Shown: positions 8,446-14,734 of the stretch, one piece after another
How positions within the stretch are numbered: the stretch's first letter is position 1
Layout: each line of letters opens with the position of its first letter
From: a virus
Lineage: Duplodnaviria; Caudoviricetes
Reading direction: 5' to 3' (one strand)
Length of the DNA stretch: 25,761 nucleotides
Virus record (IMG/VR): IMGVR_UViG_3300047479_000021
Coordinates: 1-25,761 of that record
The notes under the pieces: model-generated
What the model saw: only the letters and a program-made list of their open reading frames with translations
What the model was told of the DNA's origin: nothing
The model's database searches: none
Made by a program: the position numbers and the translations under genes

Positions 8446-9259
8446 TGTTAATCGCTCGGGTTTTTCCACGCAGAACTAAAGCAACACCAATCGACGATTT
8501 AGCTTTCGTTGATGTCCCTGGTTTGTTCCCTCCTGAAGTCGATGAGGTTCATATCTCAGTATCTTTCACCTATGACCTACCTAAAGCAGAATGGCTTGCA
8601 AAACAATGGGATCATATCGCTTCTGTAAGGATGGGTGGACCTGCGTTTGGATACCCTTCAGGTGAGTTCATTCCAGGCCGTTATCTCAAGCCGGGATATG
8701 TGATTACAAGCCGTGGATGCCCTAATCATTGCTGGTTTTGTAGTGTATGGAAACGAGAGTCAAGTCTAATAGAATTGCCTATATACGATGGTTGGAATCT
8801 ACTTGATGACAATATTCTTGCTTGCTCTGAAAGTCATGTTCGGAAAGTTTTTGCCATGCTCAAACGGCAAAGACATAAAGCAGAATTTACAGGCGGATTA
8901 GAAGCTGCAATTTTGAAACATTGGCATGTTTCCTTGCTTGCAGATTTAAGACCATCTCAAATGTTTTTCGCTTACGACACTGAGGATGATTTGGAACCAT
9001 TAATAGAAGCATCGCGTATGCTTAAAGAAGTAGGTTTTACCCGTAATCAGATGCGATGTTATGTGTTGATAGGATATCCAAAAGATACCATAAGTTCAGC
9101 AGAAAAGAGATTAAAAAAATGTGTTGATTTAGGGTTTGCTCCCGCCGCAATGCTTTGGAAAGATGATAATGGCAAATCTTCATATATATGGAAAAGATTT
9201 CAAAGGGAATGGATTAGGCCAGCAATTATATACCGCAAACGGATCAACAGGAGGATGAT
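8414..9259 (+). repeat. 28-bp direct repeat pair (8414-8441, 9232-9259) bracketing the radical SAM gene
   Basis: ACCGCAAACGGATAAACCGCAGGATGAT vs ACCGCAAACGGATCAACAGGAGGATGAT, 25/28 identical. Confidence 0.9.
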
Positions 9260-9266
9260 GCCATGA
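8445..9266 (+). CDS. Radical SAM enzyme
   Basis: CxxxCxxC in SRGCPNHCWFCSVW, LLDDNILA, FTGGLEA, FFAYD, CYVLIGY; start moved to ATG 8445 because of the TAATG coupling. Confidence 0.85.
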   Translation: MLIARVFPRRTKATPIDDLAFVDVPGLFPPEVDEVHISVSFTYDLPKAEWLAKQWDHIASVRMGGPAFGYPSGEFIPGRYLKPGYVITSRGCPNHCWFCSVWKRESSLIELPIYDGWNLLDDNILACSESHVRKVFAMLKRQRHKAEFTGGLEAAILKHWHVSLLADLRPSQMFFAYDTEDDLEPLIEASRMLKEVGFTRNQMRCYVLIGYPKDTISSAEKRLKKCVDLGFAPAAMLWKDDNGKSSYIWKRFQREWIRPAIIYRKRINRRMMP

Positions 9267-9556
9267 TTACAACTATTTTAATGTGTGTCTTTTGCTTTGC
9301 AGTAGGGTTCGGAGTATGCGCTATCTTATCGGGAAAATTTGACCACTCTGATTGCGAGTCCTGCGATGCGCTCAAATCCTGCCAAGCTGATTGCAAGGCA
9401 CTGGAAGAAACAATCGATAAACTTAGGGTTGATCTTCGAAACTCAAGCCGCACGATGTATAACTTCCTGAACGGTAAGGCCAATCACCGCATACTTTACG
9501 ATCTGTTGCCTTATAAGGGGCATAGGCGCTCTTTACTTGGCATAGTTGAGAGGTGA
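9263..9556 (+). CDS. Hypothetical protein with N-terminal TM and coiled coil
   Basis: SD AGGAGG; ATGA overlap; hydrophobic N-terminus. Confidence 0.55.
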   Translation: MITTILMCVFCFAVGFGVCAILSGKFDHSDCESCDALKSCQADCKALEETIDKLRVDLRNSSRTMYNFLNGKANHRILYDLLPYKGHRRSLLGIVER

Positions 9557-9559
9557 CGC

Positions 9560-9823
9560 ATGAACAATAACCTACGCCAATATGAGGGGTTTGAATTAAC
9601 AAAGACTATTCCATCTCGTAAAAAAACTATCAAATTCGATTGGATAAAAAAAGATTTCATGAACTTTAAAATATTCAGAGAAGCCCGAGAGCGTTTAGGA
9701 CTTTCAATCCCCGACACGTGTTATTGGTGCAGATCAAAATTTTCCGATGCCGACATGATGGCTTTGGCGTGTGTAGCTAAAAAAGGAAATAAATTTTTAT
9801 GTCAAGATTGTATTTCAAGATAG
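9560..9823 (+). CDS. AT-rich hypothetical zinc-finger-like protein
   Basis: CYWC and CQDC motifs; SD GAGGTG; flanked by the 11-bp repeat GACGCATGAAC. Confidence 0.6.
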   Translation: MNNNLRQYEGFELTKTIPSRKKTIKFDWIKKDFMNFKIFREARERLGLSIPDTCYWCRSKFSDADMMALACVAKKGNKFLCQDCISR

Positions 9824-9831
9824 GAGGACGC

Positions 9832-10086
9832 ATGAACGAGCACGAATTTTTACAGGCAGAGGCAGAGGGGATAGCCAAGCGCAAAACAGAACCGCTTAGC
9901 CCACGGCAAATGATAGCCGACAGGACCGCCGACGAGATAATGAGTTTGTCTGAATCAGGATGCATGGATAAGGAGATCGTTGAGTTGATCCTGATGTCGG
10001 CTTTTATCCAGGTGGAGCAGATAGGTCTATTTCGATGGATGGGCGATTTGAGCAAGGCGCTCAAGACGCGGGCGGAGGTGGCGTGA
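9832..10086 (+). CDS. Hypothetical early protein
   Basis: SD AGGAGG before ATG 9832 (MNEHEFLQ...). Confidence 0.6.
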   Translation: MNEHEFLQAEAEGIAKRKTEPLSPRQMIADRTADEIMSLSESGCMDKEIVELILMSAFIQVEQIGLFRWMGDLSKALKTRAEVA

Positions 10087-10220
10087 ACAACGATCTAACC
10101 ATCGATGAGTGGGAAATCGTGTGGCGCGAAGAAGCGATGCGACAGCGGGAACGGATACGCAGAACAGACGAGGCGGATGGATACTTTAAACAGGAGGAGG
10201 AAGAAAATGAAAGACGATGA
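10083..10220 (+). CDS. Small acidic hypothetical protein (45 aa)
   Basis: SD GGAGG; GTGA overlap; MNNDLTIDEWEIVWREE... Confidence 0.45.
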   Translation: MNNDLTIDEWEIVWREEAMRQRERIRRTDEADGYFKQEEEENERR

Positions 10221-11013
10221 TGTTACCACCATCAAGGATGAGAATTTGCCGGCGATTGCGGATAATACACTCGTTCAACTGGCAGAGCAGGCCGAGAAAC
10301 GCGTGGACGCCATGCTAAAAATCAAGCGCTTGGCCCTCAAGATGACCAATCGCCATGATTGGACCGACCAAGGCGGGAAGCCCTATATGCAGGTCAGCGG
10401 GGCCGAGAAGGTAGCGCGGCTTTACGGAATCTCATGGCAGATCGATGAACCTGTGTTTGAAACTGAGGAAGGCGGCCATTTCTCGTACACCTACAAGGGA
10501 TATTTCAGCTTGGCCGGGGCAACCATCGAGGCCATCGGAACCCGCAGCAGTAAAGATCCTTTCTTTAATAAGTATTCCTGGGATAATGGCGTTAAGACCA
10601 CCCTTCCGCCTTCTGCTATCGACAAGGGAGACCTCAAGAAAGCGGCCTATACCAATCTGCTCGGCAACGGCATATCACGCATCCTGGGGCTTCGTAACCT
10701 TACCTATGAGGATTTGGAGGAATTTGCCGGGATTACCAAAGATCAAATAGGCAAGGTTGAGTACAAAAAGAAGGGAGAAAACACGCCGCCTCAATCGCAA
10801 ACAAATTCGCCACAAGGGGAATCTATTAGCGAGGCCCAGCGCAAGCGGCTTTTTGCGATTTACAAAGGGGCCGGAAAGACCGATGACGATGTAAAGATTT
10901 ATCTGCACGAAAACTTCAAGGTGGACTCCACAAAGGACATTTTGAAGAAGGACTACGAAACGATTTGCAAATGGGCAGAAACCAATGGGCTCGAGCCTGG
11001 ATCGGAGGGCTAA
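10207..11013 (+). CDS. Putative single-strand annealing protein (phage recombinase, Rad52/Sak/ERF-like)
   Basis: SD GGAGGAGG before ATG 10207; KPYMQVSGAEKVARLYG core, KKAAYTN, C-terminal ISEAQRKRLFAI module; adjacent to an exonuclease. Confidence 0.6.
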   Translation: MKDDDVTTIKDENLPAIADNTLVQLAEQAEKRVDAMLKIKRLALKMTNRHDWTDQGGKPYMQVSGAEKVARLYGISWQIDEPVFETEEGGHFSYTYKGYFSLAGATIEAIGTRSSKDPFFNKYSWDNGVKTTLPPSAIDKGDLKKAAYTNLLGNGISRILGLRNLTYEDLEEFAGITKDQIGKVEYKKKGENTPPQSQTNSPQGESISEAQRKRLFAIYKGAGKTDDDVKIYLHENFKVDSTKDILKKDYETICKWAETNGLEPGSEG

Positions 11014-11904
11014 ATGTTTGTCGAAAAAGTGGATGAATACATCGCAAGCAAAATAAAGCAATATCCGGTCAACAGCAATCGCGCCTCTGACATCGGCCAT
11101 CCCTGCCTGCGGTATCACGTCTACAACCGGACCCGCTGGCAGGAGCGAAGCCTTCATGATGTAGGACTCCAAAGAATTTTTAACATGGGAAACGAAATAG
11201 AGCGTATCGTTATTCGTGAACTACAAGACGCAGGAATACAAGTAATTGAGCAGCAACGGGCTTTCTCTTGGCCGTCATACCAGATTACCGGTATGATTGA
11301 TGGAAAAATATTACAGGATGGAATTACTTATCCTTTCGATGTAAAGTCGTGCTCCCAGTGGGTTTTCAAATCAATTAGTAATATAGATGATCTCAAAAAG
11401 TCTAAGTATCACCACTTGAGGAAATACCCTTATCAACTCAATACCTACATGCTAATGGACGGTGTGGACAAGGGGCTTTTCTTTTTCAAGGACAAGACGA
11501 GCGGCCAACTAAAAGAAATATGGATGGATTTGGACTACGAACTCGGAGAGGAAACCATCCGCCGCTGCGAGAAAATAAACGAGCACGTTTTACTTGGCAC
11601 CCTACCCGACCCCTGTGACGAGTCCTGTGGATGCGAGGGCGAAAAATGCCCCTACGTCCATATCTGTATGCCTGACCGTATCGGGAAGGAAGTAGAGATT
11701 GACACAGGCGAGTTGGAAATAATGCTGAAAAACCTTTACCAGCTTGAGTCTGCGGCGACTGAGTACGATGAGTTGAACAACACTATTAACGACATGGTGC
11801 GCGGAAGAGAGAAGATTCTGTCGGGTGATTACTTCGTTACTGGGAAGTGGATCGAACGCAAGAATGGCGCGAAATACTGGAAGAAGTCAATTACCAAACT
11901 TTAA
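11014..11904 (+). CDS. Cas4/AddB-like PD-(D/E)xK exonuclease with Fe-S cysteines
   Basis: RASDIGHPCLR, GMIDG...FDVKS, YQLNTY, C-terminal CEGEKCPYVHIC. Confidence 0.78.
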   Translation: MFVEKVDEYIASKIKQYPVNSNRASDIGHPCLRYHVYNRTRWQERSLHDVGLQRIFNMGNEIERIVIRELQDAGIQVIEQQRAFSWPSYQITGMIDGKILQDGITYPFDVKSCSQWVFKSISNIDDLKKSKYHHLRKYPYQLNTYMLMDGVDKGLFFFKDKTSGQLKEIWMDLDYELGEETIRRCEKINEHVLLGTLPDPCDESCGCEGEKCPYVHICMPDRIGKEVEIDTGELEIMLKNLYQLESAATEYDELNNTINDMVRGREKILSGDYFVTGKWIERKNGAKYWKKSITKL

Positions 11905-11908
11905 CCCG

Positions 11909-12057
11909 TTTGCAGGAGCGGCGTGTCAGCGCCGGGTAAGGTGGAGAGAACTCGGGTGCGTATGAATGTTTCTGGAGAGAAGACACTTATGGCTAACGCG
12001 GTAAGTGGCTGGCAACTCCAGATTCGGTGCCGGGTGGGGAATCCGGCCTCCTGCAAA
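11909..12057 (+). ncRNA. Candidate tRNA-like structured RNA
   Basis: Closing stem TTTGCAGGAG/CTCCTGCAAA, adjacent T-arm-like GCCGG-GTGGGGAAT-CCGGC, internal stems CGGCG/CGCCG, TCTGGAG/CTCCAGA and CACTTA/TAAGTG; lies in a gene gap. Confidence 0.55.
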
Positions 12058-12080
12058 ACCTGATGGCGCGGATACTCAGA

Positions 12081-12263
12081 ATGAACTTCCCCTGGATAAC
12101 CCTACGCAACATCCAATCCGCCGCGCACGAGGCCGGCACCCTGCACACGCAGGAGACAGAGCGGCAGCAAGCGCTGGCGGATGAGTTGGTGCTGTTATGC
12201 ACGATGCTAAACGCGAAAGTTAATAGTTGGGCGGATGAGATCCGAAGGAGGACACTTGAATGA
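12081..12263 (+). CDS. Hypothetical protein (~60 aa)
   Basis: ORF fills the gap after the structured RNA; its TGA overlaps ATG 12260. Start uncertain. Confidence 0.45.
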   Translation: MNFPWITLRNIQSAAHEAGTLHTQETERQQALADELVLLCTMLNAKVNSWADEIRRRTLE

Positions 12264-12981
12264 GTTATCATTATTTGCCGGAGCTGGAGGTGGAATACTC
12301 GGGGGAATCTTGCTCGGTTGGAGAACCGTGTGCGCCGTTGAAATCGACCCCTTCTGTCGGGAGGTTCTGCTCCGACGCCAATTGGATGGATGCCTACAGA
12401 AATTCCCTATCTGGGATGACATCAGAACATTTGACGGAAAACCGTGGAGAGGATGCGTTGATGTTATCAGTGGAGGCTTCCCATGCCAGGACATCTCTTG
12501 TGCCGGATCAGGTAAAGGACTCAACGGAGAACGTAGCGGATTGTGGTCAGAAATGGCGCGGATCATTCGTGAAGTACGACCACGATACGCACTCGTGGAA
12601 AATTCTCCAATGCTCACTATTCGGGGACTTGGAACCGTCCTTGGAGACCTGGCCGAAATGGGGTTTGATGCGATATGGGGAGTGTTGGGGGCACATGCGG
12701 CGGGTGGCGGTCAGTTGCGAAAACGACTGTGGATTGTGGCCTGCACCAATAGCCACGGATTACAAAGGAAGTCGGACTCCAGAGTCATTAAATGCTGCTG
12801 GAAGGAACGAGAGGAACAACTTGAGAGACTTCTTGAGAGCGAAAGGAGGATGGCTTTACCCGCCGGTCGCAATCTCAGAATCTCTGATGCTGTGGCCCAT
12901 CGGGTGGACAGACTTAAAGCCATTGGGAACGGACAAGTTCCAGCGGTGGTTAGACTCGCATGGGAAATATTGAGCGGATGA
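12256..12981 (+). CDS. DNA (cytosine-5)-methyltransferase, catalytic (alpha-like) polypeptide
   Basis: Motif I LFAGAGG, IV GGFPCQD, VI VENS, VIII RKRLWIVA, X RLKAIGNGQVP; likely TTG start at 12256 after AGGAGG. Confidence 0.88.
   Translation: MNELSLFAGAGGGILGGILLGWRTVCAVEIDPFCREVLLRRQLDGCLQKFPIWDDIRTFDGKPWRGCVDVISGGFPCQDISCAGSGKGLNGERSGLWSEMARIIREVRPRYALVENSPMLTIRGLGTVLGDLAEMGFDAIWGVLGAHAAGGGQLRKRLWIVACTNSHGLQRKSDSRVIKCCWKEREEQLERLLESERRMALPAGRNLRISDAVAHRVDRLKAIGNGQVPAVVRLAWEILSG
12260..12973 (+). CDS. Overlapping alternative-frame polypeptide of the C5 methyltransferase (beta-like subunit)
   Basis: 237-codon ORF nested in the +1 frame, ATG 8 nt after AGGAGG; LWPAPIATDYKG and SESLMLWPIGWTD resemble TRD/motif IX segments. 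Confidence 0.6.
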   Translation: MSYHYLPELEVEYSGESCSVGEPCAPLKSTPSVGRFCSDANWMDAYRNSLSGMTSEHLTENRGEDALMLSVEASHARTSLVPDQVKDSTENVADCGQKWRGSFVKYDHDTHSWKILQCSLFGDLEPSLETWPKWGLMRYGECWGHMRRVAVSCENDCGLWPAPIATDYKGSRTPESLNAAGRNERNNLRDFLRAKGGWLYPPVAISESLMLWPIGWTDLKPLGTDKFQRWLDSHGKY

Positions 12982-13002
12982 CATCCGGCGCAAGGGGAAC
13001 TG

Positions 13003-13239
13003 ATGAAAATATCAAAAAGAGAACAAGAAGCCATAAAAACGGTTGTTGGCCATGGCAGAGAGTGGGGCTATGGAAACATGATTGGTCATCTACAATCTGC
13101 TTGGACGAAAGACCTTATGGACGAGTACGGACTTGACGAAGATAACGCAAGACGCGGCTCTGATGCGTATCCAGTTAAAATGCACATTGATCTTATGGAG
13201 TATGGAGAGTGGGACGAAACAGGCGCAAGATACAGATGA
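13003..13239 (+). CDS. Hypothetical protein (78 aa)
   Basis: SD AGGGGA; bracketed by a 17-bp direct repeat. Confidence 0.6.
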   Translation: MKISKREQEAIKTVVGHGREWGYGNMIGHLQSAWTKDLMDEYGLDEDNARRGSDAYPVKMHIDLMEYGEWDETGARYR

Positions 13240-13257
13240 GATCCGGCGCAAAACCGC

Positions 13258-13287
13258 TTGACAAAATATTAACTGGTAGTTTATAAT
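13258..13287 (+). promoter_or_regulatory. Sigma70 promoter of the replication operon with palindromic operator in the spacer
   Basis: TTGACA (13258-13263), 18-bp spacer containing AACT-GGT-AGTT, TATAAT (13282-13287). Confidence 0.85.
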
Positions 13288-13292
13288 GTCCA

Positions 13293-13409
13293 TGCACCCT
13301 GGGGATTCATTGGAGTTTTTTTATGTCTAAACTTATCGCGCCTGTCCGTAGTTCCAGAACTCCGATGGAGCCCTGGGGTGCAACTGCGGCTGGCGCGATT
13401 TTTTTTTGA
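13293..13409 (+). promoter_or_regulatory. Attenuator-like 5' leader (terminator/antiterminator plus 28-codon uORF 13323-13409)
   Basis: 13293-13317 pairs with 13358-13382 (24/25 with four G-U); alternative stems 13335-13342/13392-13399 and 13346-13353/13382-13389 run into a 9-T tract. Confidence 0.7.
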
Positions 13410-13416
13410 GGAATAG

Positions 13417-14034
13417 ATGAAAAAATCAGTCGCCAAAAAACGTATCAGTAATCTGTTGTCGTATTGGCCTTTGAACATGCCCTTGGGTGAGTCGGATTTT
13501 GAACTGCTCTGCGAAATCTTAAAAAACCATCCAGACTATCTACAAAAAAAAGGCTCCGGTATCAAGCGCATCGAGATTCGCACCAACCCGGTTTATAAAA
13601 ACCGTGGATTTTATATCATTAGAACCGATGGAAGTGTTACAGATTTTTCATACCGCCAATGCCTTTATCCGGCCTCAAACAAACAAAAGTTTTTAAATGC
13701 CTGCCGCGTAGCGATCATGCCGCAGATCATTGAGTTTAAGGAAACATTTTTTGGAACCTTGATGGGCCAGTTTTATTGTTGTCCCATAACGGGAGATGAA
13801 GTCACCGAAGAAAACTGCCACATCGACCACCGGCCTCCCAATACCTTCAAGCACTTGATTGAAACTTTCATTACGCTTTCAGGAATAGATCCTAACATCG
13901 TGAAGGTGTCCGGTTCTAAAATAGACGGATGCGTTAAAGATACTTTGGAAGACAAAACGTTGGAATATGCGTGGAAGATTTACCATAAAGAAAATTGCAA
14001 TTTGCGGGTTGTCAGCCGAAATGCGAGGCATTAA
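13417..14034 (+). CDS. DCL/DUF3223-family protein with HNH-like C-terminal half
   Basis: LKNHPDY..KKGSGI and FYIIRTDGSVTDFSYRQCL (DUF3223-like); CPITG..CHIDH..NLRVVS. Confidence 0.7.
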   Translation: MKKSVAKKRISNLLSYWPLNMPLGESDFELLCEILKNHPDYLQKKGSGIKRIEIRTNPVYKNRGFYIIRTDGSVTDFSYRQCLYPASNKQKFLNACRVAIMPQIIEFKETFFGTLMGQFYCCPITGDEVTEENCHIDHRPPNTFKHLIETFITLSGIDPNIVKVSGSKIDGCVKDTLEDKTLEYAWKIYHKENCNLRVVSRNARH

Positions 14035-14733
14035 ATGCACCGAGGCTGGACAAAAAGATGGCGTAAACGATGGGATAAGGGATACCATCAGAACTTTTTG
14101 CTTTGGATTATGATGGACTACTTTATCGATTTTGCAGCGTACGAGCCTAAAGATTTGTATTTGAAAGGGCATGGAATTGTTCACCTGGAGCGCGGAGAGT
14201 GGGCTTTTACTCAGCGTGAATTGGCAATTTTTTTAAATGTAGGGCGCCAGCAAATCCGCGACCAGCTTGAACTTTTAAAAAAGATGGATTTTTTAACCCA
14301 AGATATAACCCAATCAAAAACCCAACACATAACAAAGATAAATATAATAAATTACGATACATACCAAGACACAGAAGAAATTTACAACCCAACTAAGAAC
14401 CCAGATAAGAACCAAGCCCTAACCCAACTCCAACCCAACTCACCTCAAACATCATTTAATACTAAGAATAAAAGAAAAGAGAATAGAGGTAATGGAATTC
14501 CAGATTGGATACCGAAACAGATTTGGTCAGATTTTAGAGAATTTCGCACCCGCAAAAAAGCACCTCTAACCGATAGGGCATCCAAAGCAATTATAAAAAA
14601 ATTAGATCTGTTTCGATCTCAAGGTCAAAATCCTGAAGCCATTTTAGAACAGAGTATCGTTAAGGGATGGACGGACGTTTGGCCGATAAAATCAGACTCA
14701 CTTTTCAACGAACCGTTAATGCCACGGAACTAA
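14035..14733 (+). CDS. Phage replication initiator (lambda O / DnaD-like)
   Basis: N-terminal wHTH (LERGEWAFTQRELA...ITKINIINYDTYQ), repeat-rich linker, C-terminal IPDWIPKQIWSDFREFR...ILEQSIVKGW; precedes the helicase. Confidence 0.8.
   Translation: MHRGWTKRWRKRWDKGYHQNFLLWIMMDYFIDFAAYEPKDLYLKGHGIVHLERGEWAFTQRELAIFLNVGRQQIRDQLELLKKMDFLTQDITQSKTQHITKINIINYDTYQDTEEIYNPTKNPDKNQALTQLQPNSPQTSFNTKNKRKENRGNGIPDWIPKQIWSDFREFRTRKKAPLTDRASKAIIKKLDLFRSQGQNPEAILEQSIVKGWTDVWPIKSDSLFNEPLMPRN
14295..14438. repeat. Iteron-like AACCCAA repeats, putative replication origin
   Basis: AACCCAA at 14295, 14307, 14319, 14386, 14421, 14432, variants at 14398 and 14410; 11-12 bp spacing; AT-rich tract follows. Confidence 0.72.
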
Positions 14734-14734
14734 T

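Noticed and set aside
11014-11904. CRISPR-Cas locus suggested by the Cas4-like gene
   Set aside because: No repeat-spacer array or other cas genes; context is a phage recombination module.
11912-12055. Canonical tRNA or tmRNA
   Set aside because: No TTC T-loop, anticodon arm or CCA, and too short for tmRNA; kept only as a tRNA-like candidate.
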